From: Hemiscyllium ocellatum | Lineage: Eukaryota | Reading direction: 5' to 3' | Length of the DNA: 64,000 bases | NCBI RefSeq assembly: GCF_020745735.1 | Contig: NC_083421.1 | Location: 51,823,001 to 51,887,000 of the forward strand | Shown: positions 12,320-24,027 of the stretch, piece after piece | How the letters are laid out: the number at the start of each line of letters is the position of its first letter | Position numbering within the stretch: the first letter of the stretch is position 1 | Translations under genes and position numbers: made by a program | Notes under the pieces: generated by a model | The model's input: the letters and a program-made list of their open reading frames with translations, nothing else | What the model was told of the DNA's origin: nothing | The model's database searches: none

Positions 12320-12640
12320 GGGCATCACTGGCGAGGCAGCCATTTGGTTTCATCTCCAAGTACCCTTGAACTGATTTGTTCTCTGGGTCTTTGGGAGGGC
12401 AGTTAATAATCAACCTCAGGGTATTGGTCAGATCAGGTAAGGACAAATTTCCTTTACTGGATGGTTTTTTATGACAATTGACAATGGTCATATGTTGTCA
12501 TTAGACTATCTTTTAATTGCAGGTTTCATTTAAAAAAATCACCATCTGCCACAATGGGATTCGAGCCCTTGCCACCAGAATATCCTGCTAGGCCTCAGGA
12601 TTACTAGCCTAGTGACGTTACCACTGTGCCACCACCTCTC
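12320..12640 (-). mobile_element. Second SINE family copy
   Basis: gggcatcactggc...ggattactagcctagtgacgttaccac, shared with 41430-41715. Confidence 0.65.
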
Positions 12641-12882
12641 TACAAATGAAATAAAGATGATCCAATAATGATTGGCTCCTTGAACAAAGAGGGTATGGGA
12701 GACACAATAACCTACAGTGAATCTCTGTCTTACAGGGTAAGATTGCTGTGCATTGCCACCCATTCCTGGAGGTTTCATCTGACACATGTCCCACCCTCCA
12801 GTCACTAGTTGTCCAACACATCCATCATTTTGACGAACCTCCTCCTTACGCAAATCGGAAAGCAATATTACTCCATACCCAA

Positions 12883-13081
12883 GAGAAAGTGAGGATTGCA
12901 GATGCTGGAGATCAGAGTCGAAGAGTGTGGTGCTGGAAAAGCACAGCCAATCAGATAGCAACCTGAGGAGCAGGAGAGTTGACGTTTTGAGCATTCCTGA
13001 TGAAGGGCTTATGCCCGAAACATCGATTCTCTTGCTCCTCGAATGCTGCCTGACTGGCTGTGCTTGTCCAGCACCACACTC
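12883..13081. mobile_element. Penelope-derived fold-back element with hammerhead at its apex
   Basis: gagtgtggtgctggaaaagcacagc...gctgtgcttgtccagcaccacactc inverted arms. Confidence 0.85.
12993..13028 (+). ncRNA. Minimal type I hammerhead ribozyme motif (PLE-type)
   Basis: CUGAUGA(12997-13003)-A-GGGC uuau GCCC-GAAA-C-AUC. Stem II is perfect; the triplet is AUC instead of the family's GUC. Confidence 0.7.
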
Positions 13082-14180
13082 GCACTCCTCACCCAATTAA
13101 ACAACACCAGACAGCCGGCAAAGAGCTGCTCCATCCATTATTGTCAATGTTCTTACGTCTGGCAAAGGGCAATGTGAAAGAAAATGACAAAATAAATCTT
13201 TCTGTGGTAGTATTTTTCCGTGGGATTGCACATAGCAGTTTTTGAGTCTCGATTCCTGGAGACTCCAGACCATTCCAAAAGGATTTGGCAACTTTGGAAT
13301 ATGGGATTCTGCAGTTTGATCCAGAGATTGCATTACCCACATGGAAAGTTCATTATCCCAACCAGACCACTGGGGAAGCAATGCGACAACAGCTACTTAA
13401 TTAGGGAGAGAAGTCAGGAAAGTTGGGAGGTCACCGAGTTGAAATTCCTCTGTGAGTACATTGGTGCACAGAGTTATTTTTAACCAGCGTACAAACACTG
13501 CTGAAATACTGGACACATGAACTTGATGTGAATATATTAAATGATGCACTAAAAATAGGGAAAGGAATTCAAAACTCCAAGTTACGCCGGGCTGTTCAGC
13601 ATTCAAACCTCTGTCCACTTCCAAAAATATGTTGTGGGATCTTCCAGGTCACTCCTGACCAGGCAACAAATGAAGGAAATGATCAAGAAAACAACACAAA
13701 CATGGAGGCCAGCATAACGCATTGTCAGATTAAACTCAAGTCATCTCATTACAGCCACAGGAAGTTAAGCAAAGTAGATCAATGCCAGAGATTTGTCTTG
13801 GCTAGCTTCCAGCTCAATTATCAAACTCAGATTCTGTCAGAGCCAAGAGGGAGGAACACACGGTTAAAATGAGAGTTTTTCAGCTTTGAGTGCACTGTGT
13901 GTTGCTTTTTCTGCTCTGAGAGGGGGACAGGGAGCTCTGAAACCTGTAGACAGAAAGGCCACCTGCGGATTAAATGTGTTAAAAAAAAAGCCCATGGTTT
14001 CTTGCAATCCAGCTACTGGCAAGCAGCAGCAAGACTAATGAAGAGGAAGCAGACCTGCAATCTAAATCATAATCACCGTCTTGTCGTCCCATGCTGAGTC
14101 ATATTCAAACACCATACTGCATGCAAAATCAAATTGGGAGAGAGAAATACTCATATAAAGAGACTCAATAATAGGACTGG

Positions 14181-14358
14181 GTAAAAACAATGACTGCAGA
14201 TGCTGGAAACCAGATTCTGGATTAGTGGTGCTGGAAGAGCACAACAGTTCATGCAGCATCCGAGGAGCAGCGAAATCGACGTTTCGGGCAAAAGCCCTTC
14301 CGAAACGTCGATTTCGCTGCTCCTTGGATGCTGCCTGAACTGCTGTGCTCTTCCAGCA
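14181..14358. mobile_element. Penelope-derived fold-back element, 59-bp arms with 3 mismatches
   Basis: Arms 14229-14287 and 14300-14358; flanking duplication tcaataa(t/c)aggactgg. Confidence 0.88.
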
Positions 14359-14392
14359 TCAATAACAGGACTGGCTTAGTTTATAGCTAGAC

Positions 14393-14528
14393 TGTTGTGT
14401 GCCAGGTATGAGTTACAATGCAATGCCTGCGGTTAACATAATTAGAATGCAAGTACAATAATTAGAACAGCAAAATGAAGTGGTAGAATGCAGAACATTG
14501 CATTGTAACTCATACCTGGCACACAACA
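14393..14528. repeat. Perfect 33-bp inverted repeat with 70-bp spacer
   Basis: tgttgtgtgccaggtatgagttacaatgcaatg (14393-14425) and its exact reverse complement (14496-14528). Confidence 0.92.
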
Positions 14529-14544
14529 TTGATCTAACCAAAAG

Positions 14545-14820
14545 TTAATAATGAGCATATGTTTAGGGTTGAAGGTGAGAGGCAACTTTTTCCGCACAGA
14601 GAATGGTGCATATATGAAATTAGCCAGCCGCCAGAGGAAGTGGTAGAGGCGAGTACAATTACAACATTTAAAAGATATTTGGACAGGTGGGTGGATAAGA
14701 AAGGTTTACAAGGATACCGGCCAAACACAGGCAAATGGAACTCGTTCAGTTTAGAAAACCTGATCACCTTGGACGAGTTGGGCCAAATGGTCTGTTTCAG
14801 TGCTGTAGGATATGACTCTA
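14545..14820 (+). mobile_element. HER1/CR1 LINE 3' fragment
   Basis: gaggaagtggtagaggcgagtacaattacaacatttaaaaga and 3' tail. Confidence 0.8.
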
Positions 14821-16217
14821 CAACACCCACTATCATCAGAAGAGGCTCCACATTTACTGTAATCTCTTGTTTAAAATAAGATGTGCCAATGATGTTTCTA
14901 ATAAGATGAACATTAAAGCAAGATGTGCAGGTAGATGGGTAATCTCCACCATCTACCAGTTCTCTTGCAGGTCACACACCATCCTGCCTTGGAATTCTCT
15001 CACTCTTCCTTCACTGTTACTGGGTTAAGATCCTGGATCTCCCTCTCTAACTGAATTGTGAGTACCCCCACATCCCTTGGACTATGGTGGTTCAAGAAGC
15101 CTGATTACCACCTCCTTCTCCAGAGCCATCAAGGCTGGGCAATAAGCATTAGCCATATCCAGCGACACCCACAACCCATGATTGAGAAACATTCTCTGCT
15201 ATACCATTCCAACTTTCTTCAGATTGAGAAATATTGCAATCAAAACGGTCAAATGGAGTCACTCAGAAGGATCACTCCAGTCTGAATTAACTTCTCACCA
15301 TGGCACATCAGCATTAATTTGAGGAGCACACCCCTGGTATTTTCTAAAATACCAAATTAATTTCTGAACACTCAGGAGAAACAATTGGTACCATAAAAAT
15401 GGCTAGAATGTGGAACCTGACAGTACATAAACAAAGAGGACTTGAAGCATGGTAGGAGGAGGCTTGGTAGGTGAAGTTGCCATAGTCTTCCCAGACCATA
15501 TTGCTGCTCTGTCAATACAGACAGTATCTGGTGGTGGTTTAACCTGAGGGACACTATGCATCAAATGTGGGGGAAGTAGAGAAGGAGAGTCCTTCATGGT
15601 AAGCTCAGCTAGTGGGGACATTGTGAAGATCACGGGCTGTAATATTTAAACCTCACACTATGTCAATCATCAGATCAGCATAAAACCAACACTAATTCTG
15701 GGCCCTCTTTAGGGGTGCCATTGTCTTATGTTTTTCTTTACTCATGGATTAGCTAATCCAAAACTCACAGGATGCAGAAAATAAACACACACAAAGCTTT
15801 AATAGCAGGAAACCCAACCAAGCTTTTAATTTTCAAACATCCTCGTTTCCAGAAATGTGAGGTCAACATGCCGAGAAAAATATCAAAACAGTGGAAACCC
15901 ATCTGCTATGATGTCTCCAGCAAAGTGCTGCAAAATGTGGTCCGTGTAACTTGTGATGCTTTAATCCAATACTGACTCAAACATTGAGTACTAGTTGTCA
16001 ATTCACTTGAAGTAATAAATTAAACAGGCATGACAGCTCCATCAGTAAAAGAATTAGTCAAAATGGGAGGAAAAGATATAAACTCATTGAACGGTGACTG
16101 AGAGATCACAATAGCCCTTGGTTAGCTTGGTCTGTCACACAGAAGTCAAAGTGACATGTCAATCACCTGAAGCACATTGCAACTCATCTCTGACTGTAAT
16201 AACTTCGGTAGTCATAA

Positions 16218-16355
16218 TTTGGAGACGCTGGTGTTGGATTGGGGTGTTACAAAGTTAAAAATCCAGGTTACAGATGAAGGAGCAGCACTCCAAAAGCTAG
16301 TGCTTCCAAATAAACCTGTTGGGGTATAACTTGGTGTTGTGTGATTTTAAACTTT
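16218..16355 (+). mobile_element. Different Penelope-type short element with decayed hammerhead
   Basis: cagatga-a-ggag cagca ctcc-aaaa-g-cta (16271-16299); short inverted ends aaagttaaaaatc / gattttaaacttt. Confidence 0.6.
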
Positions 16356-17941
16356 ATAATAACTTCAACCAAGCTCAGACTGTTTTGATCGCATATGGTT
16401 CCAGATTCTCTTTGGAGGTGGTTCTTCTTTCAGAGGGTTGTGAATCTGTGTGGAATTTTTTACTGTAGAAGGCTATCAAGGCGGGGGTGGTAAGGTATAC
16501 TCAAGGCTGAGATAGGCGGGTTTTTAATCAGCAAGGAAAGCAAGGATTATGGGGAAAAGACAACTGAAGCAGGCTAGAGGGGCTCAATGGCCTGTTTCTG
16601 CCCATATTTCTTATAGTCTTATTGTCTTACGAGGTCCTTTAGCTCAGATGGTTTCCTTGCTTCCTTTCCTTAAAGTACCTCAACATTTTGACACTAAATA
16701 TCAGCCTTGATACCTTTTGCAGTTCTGCTTGCCCCCAAATGGGTCCTGTGTGACTAGAAGTATCACTTATGGTAGTGACTGACATGGATCCACAGCCACT
16801 TCTCAATGTAGCTGAACCTGTCACCTTACATACTGCTTGGGGCAAAGTAGCAGATGTAGGCAGGCAACAGGGAGAGTTGACTTATAAATGGAAATAGTAC
16901 TTGAAAGTGCTTACTCCTGTCTGCAGAGAGGCTAAAAGAAGATATTTCTTACTGCTGCAGTTACAGTCCCAGCTGTTGGTGCAACTGGACAAGTCAGATC
17001 CCAGAATGGAATCTGAAATGATTGCTTTTTTGTTGTTATTTAATGCAATTATTAGTCAGAATCACTCCGGTTCAAGACAGAATGGCTCAACCTGTGGGTG
17101 TGGACGAATGCTCCAGCTCCATCTTTAATTACACACCCACTTGCACGGTTGCAACAAGGTTAATTTCGAAAGGCTTACTTCTCATGTGGATTCTTTTCTC
17201 CCAGATCCAAATTAAATTATGTTTTAAAAGGAACCAATTTAACCAGGTTTTCTTGAATTAACAAAACTAATGAGAACATTCATTCATACATGAGAATGAA
17301 TACTAAAACAACACGAAGAATAAAAATGAGGAGAGCTGAAGAGATAAAAGTTGGCAGTGCAGTGTGATTTTCTGAAACAGCTCATTACAGGTTCAATAAT
17401 GGCAAAATACTGCAGGATACAGCTCAAAATCATTCAGCATTTGCAGCATTTTTCTTTTATTCAAGAGTGTAATTTACTGCCACACCTCTACCTAGTGTTC
17501 TCAACTTGAATAAGTTCTGCTCTTCTCCCAACAGGATTTTTGCTTTCATCTTATGGCTCGTTCGCCCTCATTGTGCTTTGTATCTCCTGCATAGTATTGG
17601 ATACAATATCAACCCCTTCCCCCCACCCGCACCATCCCAAACTCCACCACCTCCCCCCCCCACCCGCACCATCCCAAACTCCACATGCAAAGGACCGACC
17701 TCTGCCATTTCCGCCTCCTCCAATTGGATCCACCACCTTCCCCTGCCAGCATTCCACAGGGACCGTTCCCTCCATGGTCCCCTCTTCCATCACATCTTCC
17801 CATGCAATCTCTGAAGGTAGAACACTTGCCCATTCACTTCCTCCCTCCTCACTGTCCAAGGCCCCAAGCACACCTTCCAGCATTTCACTTGTACTTCTTT
17901 CAATCCAGTCGACTGTATTCATTGCTCACAACGTGGTCTGG

Positions 17942-18628
17942 GTTATACAGCGTGGAAACAGATGCTTCAGACTAGCCAGTCCGTGTCAACCATGACTAGT
18001 CCCATCTGCCTGTGCTTAGCCCATATTTCTCCAAGTATTTCCTATTCATGTCGAGAGTGTGGTGCTGGAAAAGCACAGCAGGTCAAGCAGCATCCGAGGA
18101 GCAGGAATGAAGGGCTGCCTGATCTACTTTGCTTTTCTAGTACCACACTCTCAACTCTGATCTCCATCGTCTGCAGTCCTTTATTCTAGTTGATTTATTT
18201 CCTATTCATGTACTTATCCAAGAGTCTTTTTAAGGTTATAACTGTACCCGCATCCACAACTTCCTCTGGAAGTTCGTTCCATACATGAACCACCCCCTGT
18301 AAAACAAGTTGCCTCTCATATCCTTTTTAAATCCTTTTCCTCTCACCTTAAAAATATGGCTCTTAATCTGGAGCACCCCCATCCTAGGGAAAAGACACCT
18401 GCCATTCACCTCGTCTGTGCACCTCATGATTTAAAAAAACCTCTATGAGGGCATCCCTGAACCTTCTATCTCCAGTGAGAAAAGGTCCCAGCCGATCCAA
18501 CCTCGCCCTATAACTCAAACCCTCCATTCCTGACAACATACTGATAAATCTCTTCTGAATCCTATTCAGCTTAATAAGATGCTTCCCATAACGGAGCAAC
18601 CAGAACTGCACACAGTACTCCAGAAGCC
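17942..18628 (-). mobile_element. HER1/CR1 LINE 3' fragment inserted in the Penelope remnant
   Basis: LLEYCVQFW...IQKRFISMLSGMEGLSY in ORF 18384..18674. Confidence 0.88.
18052..18195. mobile_element. Penelope-derived fold-back element nested in the LINE
   Basis: Inverted arms; 16-bp TSD tatttcctattcatgt (18036-18051, 18196-18211). Confidence 0.85.
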
Positions 18629-19064
18629 TTAACATCGGTGAGACCAAACACAGACTGACTGCTTTGTGGAACACCTCTGTGCTGAGTAGGCATTATCCCA
18701 ACCTTCCTATTGCTTGTCATTTCAATAAACCACCTTTCTCTCAGGCTAACATTTTATCCTGGGCTTGCTGAAGTGTTCCAACGAAAGCTCAATACCTCAT
18801 TTTCCGCTTAGACACTTTACAGACTGACTGAACATTGTTTTATTTTAGTTTCTCGAGTTCCTGAATTCAAAGAACTGTGGATGCTGGAAATTTGAAACAG
18901 AAATTGCTGGAGAAACTCAGCATGTCTGGCAGCATCTAGGGTTACAGGACTGGAGATATTAACTCTGATACAGATTCTGAGTTTCTCCTGCATTGGTCAC
19001 ATTTTCAAGCTCTACTTCAAGTTGAGTACATACGTTAGGCTGACATATATATGAAAGGTGGTAA

Positions 19065-19850
19065 GGAGAAGCCTTATAGGTGAGTGAGCCTGACCTTGGT
19101 GGTGGGCAAGTTGTTGGAGAGAATCCGGAGGGACAGGATGTACATGTTTTGGGAAAGGCAAGGACTGATTAGGGATAGTCAACATGGCTTTGTGCGTGGG
19201 AATTCATGTCTGACCAACTTGATCGAGTTTTTTGAAGAAGTAACAAAGAGGATTGATGAGGGCAGAGCGGTCAACGTGATCGATATGGAATTCAGTAAGG
19301 TTTTCGACAAGATTCCCCACGGGAGACTGGTCAGCAAGGTTAGATCTCATGAAGTACAGGGAGAACTAGCCATTTGGATATAGAACTGGCTCAAAGAAAG
19401 AAGACAGAGGATGGTGGTGGCGGAGGGCTGTTTCAGACTGGAGGCTTGTGACCAGTGGAGTGCCACAAGGATTGGTGCTGGGTTCACTACTTTTCATCAT
19501 TTTATATAAATGATTTGGATATAAACATAAGAGGTATAGTAAGTTTGCACATGACAACAAAATTGGAGTTGTCATGGACAGCAAAGATTATCTCTAATTA
19601 CCTCCGACTACAGATGGGCCAATGGGCTGAGAGGGTGGTACGTGTATGGAATGAGCTGCCAGAAGAAATGGAGGAGTTTGGTACAATTGCAACATTTAAA
19701 AGGCAGAAGGATGGGTATATGAATAGGAAAGGTTTGGAGGGATATGGGCCAGGTGCTGGCAAGTGGGACTAGATTGGGTTGGGCTATCTGGTCGGCATGG
19801 ACGAGTTGGACTGAAGGGTCTGTTTCCGTGCTTTTTGTCTCTATGACTTC
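19065..19850 (+). mobile_element. Internally deleted HER1/CR1 LINE (RT N-part joined to 3' tail)
   Basis: SQHGFVRGNSCLTNLIEFFEEVT...FSKVFDKIPHGRL, YINDLD, then WNELPEE and tail. Confidence 0.92.
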
Positions 19851-20344
19851 ATATCAATGCAGTGCTGAGGGACCAGGTGTGCTAGACTTTAAATGTGTAT
19901 TACACAGAACCTCTTTTAACCCTTTTAAGGTAATGCATCCATAAGCATAAAAATGCCATAGCACTACAAGAAAGAAATGCAGAGGAATTTTTTCGATTGC
20001 TCAATTTCATACAAACAATACCTGGACAGTTATGTCACTGCTTTTTACAGAATGTTGCTGCATACATTTTGGTCACAATGTTTCCCGCAAACAGTGACTG
20101 CCCTTCAGAAATATGACTGCCAGAAATGTCACAATGACTGCCTTACAAATGCAAAGTTGTTTGTCCTGATGTCACATTCATTCCCCCCCCCCCACCAGAA
20201 AACATTTCAAGCAGCTTGTTGAAAAGTACTGCATTGTACCGCGATTGTGACTGGGTGCAGCAACTATGTGATGGCTGCAGGCCTGTGTGCATTCCACATT
20301 CAGCATCGAAGGAACACAGTTAGAAATAAGGAAAGCAAGCTTGA

Positions 20345-20360
20345 TTTAATAACATTTATT
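20345..20360 (-). terminator. Polyadenylation signals AATAAA (20355-20360) and ATTAAA (20345-20350)
   Basis: Tandem hexamers on the minus strand followed by a U/GU-rich element (GCTTGCTTTCCTTATTTC). Confidence 0.6.
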
Positions 20361-21376
20361 AAATGCATTGCAAGCTTAATTATAAAAGTACACTACACCA
20401 GTTATTGAACATGCTTTCCAAAACATATAAATGATAAAATAAAAGCAGATTAATTTCTGGAAGGTCAGCAGTTGGTTATTACATATTGCATACATTCTAA
20501 GTTGTTACATTCCCAAACTTCAGCAGGAAAATTATACAGTATGTATAATGAGTTGTAAGGCCTCCAAAACCCTGCCTTGGTCAATGATACCTGGGAAAAG
20601 TCTATGCTGATTCAGCTGTCTTGGTTTCTTGAATAGTGAGCTATGTCTTGTTGTCATGCCCAATTCGCACTCAGGCCCAATTTCCAACCAGCTAAAGATT
20701 TTACATTTAAAAGACACAAATGAATTGGCAATTTTAAGTGACTGAAGGAAAACTGCTTCTGCAGGGGGTGGGCTGTTTCTGACTCAACAAGTGAACCACA
20801 AACAGTAACAACGCAACTATGTAAAAACAATTTTCAGAAATTTTGTTCAGTCAAGTTTTGTTTTTGTACATTTCCATGGTGAAGAATAAGCCAATTCTCT
20901 TTGCCAATATTATGTAGCGTATGGTCAGATACAGTTCAAAGCTCCCTTCGCTCTGCTTCAACGATATGGCCCAATTTCCATTTCAAAGCAGCATTTCCCA
21001 CAATACCAACGTAACTTAGTCCACATGGAAGATAAGTGGGCAACGGAGACAGTGAAGCAGAGACTGCATTTAGAGCAAAGTGATCCAAATCATGTTAAAC
21101 GCAGCCAGTTACTTTGGTCATAGCCAGCACTCTCAAGTTCAAAGCAACAGTGCACTATGTACAATGCTGCATCCTGTACCAATACTTATTTACCCCATGC
21201 CAATACATTTGCTGCCTGTTGACATACACATGATCACACACCATGGCTGAATGAGCTTCAGCAGAGGAGAGTTAAACCAGTGCAGATTGGATCTATTTCA
21301 GACCATTAGCACAAAAAATGGTTAGGATCGGAGTTGACTGGATTTGATGCGATTTGACAATTTCCCCTGATGAAAG

Positions 21377-21650
21377 GTCCACACCGATCTGCCAAAGCAC
21401 AACCCACCCAGACCCATTTCCCCTACACTTACCCCTTCACCTAACACTATGGGCAATTTAGCATGGCCAATTCACCTAGCCTGCACATTTTTTTTGGTTT
21501 GTGGGAAGAAACTGGAGCACACGGAGGAAACCCACGCAGACATGGGGAGAATGTGCAAACTCCACACAGTGAGTCACCTGAGGCGGGAATTGAACCCGGG
21601 TCTCTGGTGCTGTAAGGCAGCAGTGCTAACCACTGTACCACTGTGCCACC
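21377..21650 (-). mobile_element. HE1-type SINE inside the probable STOM 3' UTR
   Basis: Similarity to other copies; tail truncated. Confidence 0.9.
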
Positions 21651-23787
21651 CACCGCAGGTTACCTTAAGCAGTAAGTTTTTAAATAATGATTGTGTTTTT
21701 GGTGCAATGATATAATAAGCCTCACAGTGAAACTGTGTTTACTGTCAGTGAACAGCAAATGATTAAAACCACAAAGTTTCTACAGCAACATTTTATACTA
21801 TAATTAACAAACAGTTCAAACAGATTTAATTTCTCGAATGAAACTATTAAATGAGTTTCTTAAAAGAAGCAATTCTCCCTTTTCAGTCAGGTCACTGTCT
21901 AAGCTTTTAAACTTTCCAAGCTTGACCAAGAACCCAAATAGCTCTATTGTACCATCAACACCTCCACCACACCCCATCCCCTCACAACTGGGCATGGTTG
22001 TTTGGTTGTTGTTCTGGTGTTTGCTGAGCACTGGGCAATGCATTTCCCCAGGTACACAGACAGCACTAGTGATGGCAAAGCTGTCTGATGGAGTCTGCTT
22101 TGAACTCTGCAGTGTTTATGTTGCTACAGCCTGCCCAGAATTCGGTCAATCCCCATCAACTCAGGGCAGGCATTATTCTGCTCAATGCACAGGCCCATAG
22201 GTAGACACCAGTGAGACACTGGGACTTGTTTTGCAATGCATGAAGACCAGCAGAATTGCCCCTACAAAACACACAGGCAGAATGGTGATGTATGTACCCC
22301 TTGGAGTGACATTTCTTTCAAATTTCTGCACGTGATGAATTCAGCAACAAAATTTAGATTCTGATACAAAATATCTGACAGCAATTTTTAACATATGTGA
22401 TGTTTACTTTCTCATTACAACCAAAGTAACAAGAAATAGGTTTCTTGAGCAATGATTTAAACAAATGTGACTTACTCATCAAATTCAATTTATTGTAGCT
22501 TGTGTAGATGGCCGGGGACATGTAAAGGGTTACTTTCCTTGTAGAAAGAGTCAGGAATATATAGCCGCAATTTGAAAAGAAGACAATTCCACTTTTTGAA
22601 CAGACTTAGATTGGTGGGGCGGGGTGGTTGCATGTGGAATGAAACCATTTTTTTTTAAATTGGAGGGTGTCTCATTTGGCTGAGCTAGTAACTGCCCAGT
22701 CTAAATCATCAATGAAGAGGCACACAACTGTACTTGATAACTGAGCAAGTGGTCATCCACCAGAATTGAGTTTTGTCAGAAAGTTTAAACGGATAATCTG
22801 TTATGCATTTATATTGTGGGTGGGTAGGAGGACCATGATATGATATATAGATCATTTTCCACTCTACAATTCTTTTTTTTTAAGAAAGACCGGAAATACT
22901 TAACATTGAAGGCTACAAACATAACTGCCCTCAGGTTGTAAATTTGTGTAGTTTACTTTTAGGATCCTTGGTGCTCCTGCTGGTTTAAACTTAACCATAG
23001 TGGTACAGGTACAATAATGGTCACACAATTTTAACACCTCCAAGTTCAAAACAAGTATGTTTTAGAGAATACACATAAATTAAAATGGATTAATACAAAA
23101 TGATATGTGATACAAGTCTTCTAATGATAAATGTTGCAAAATTGAAGGCTTTTTCAAATGAACAGGAGTACAGGTAGGGGTGAGAAACACCAAATGTAAA
23201 AAAAAATCAACATCAAGACATAATTAAATCCTTAGTCAAAGCAGCAGTCCTCACGAGGAGTTTTAACTGCAGAGCTATTGGTTCGATTTAAATTGGTGTA
23301 GGTTTTGCTCGGATTGTGGTAGCATTTAGAGATGAAGATTTGACAAAGGCTTCTCTACGTCACTGAGCTACATGAAGCCAGTAAATGCGCAGAGAACATT
23401 ACTGGCTTCACCGATGAAATTCTAGCAAGCCGTTCTGTTTGGCTAAAAAAAACACATTCAGGCCGACACTACAATGACAGAACTGCGCAAAACACAGTTT
23501 GTTCCAGGACTAGTGCATGCATGTCATGAATTTGCCCATCATGGTGTACATGCTATTGTGAATCATTGCTTTAACAAATACAATCAAATTGTTCAGACGT
23601 TGAAGCATTGACATATAGTGAAATATTAGTTGATGGAGCTTCTTTGTAGGTCTAGCTGTTAACCCATCGCTAATGTAAACCTTGCTTACTGTTATTACAA
23701 TGTGGAAAAAAAAGTTATTCTAACCAAAATTGTCTATCATTGGAAAACATACGTAGAAACTGTGGTCAAGATTGGTGTTCAGTAACA

Positions 23788-23982
23788 TCACTTCTTAGCC
23801 CCCATTATATTTTGCACCAGGTCCATTGGCAGAGGGAATACAATGGTGGAGTTCTTCTCTGCAGCGATGGTAGTGAGGGTCTGCAGGTAGCGAAGCTGCA
23901 GAGCCGCTGGAGATTCCGAGATCACAATAGAAGCTTCTTTCAATGCTCTGGATGCATTCATTTCTCCTTCGGCTGCAATCAC
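23788..23982 (-). CDS. STOM: Stomatin last coding exon (exon 7): [64 protein letters not shown]
   Basis: Translation matches the stomatin C-terminus. Acceptor ccctttttgttcttgcag|GTG with a CACTGAT branch-like motif; phase 0; 195 nt; TGA stop. Confidence 0.97.
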   Translation of the reverse strand: MIAAEGEMNASRALKEASIVISESPAALQLRYLQTLTTIAAEKNSTIVFPLPMDLVQNIMGAKK

Positions 23983-24027
23983 CTGCAAGAACAAAAAGGG
24001 ATCAGTGTTCCGGAAAAGACATTGTAC

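Larger units (their letters stand above)
17700..18838 (+). mobile_element. Penelope-like element ORF remnant (Cys-rich linker + GIY-YIG endonuclease), split by a LINE
   Basis: AFHRDRSL, FPCNL*R*NTCPFTSSLLTVQGPKHTFQ, FTCTSFNPVDCIHCSQRGL (to ~17940), resuming at ~18631 NIGETKHRL...LPIACHFN...LIFRLDTLQ. Confidence 0.82.
20335..23787 (-). other. STOM: Probable stomatin 3' UTR (~3.4 kb)
   Basis: AT-rich, repeat-poor tract from the stop codon to a poly(A) signal; contains one SINE. Confidence 0.55.

Noticed and set aside
13089-13381. Unique-sequence ORFs, including one resembling an MGNAIS myristoylation start
   Set aside because: The start is GTG, with no homology or splice support.
23373-23410. 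SECIS or IRE interpretation of the UTR hairpin (STOM ends in TGA)
   Set aside because: The UGA in the stem is Watson-Crick paired with UCA, so there is no tandem G-A quartet; no CAGUGN loop.
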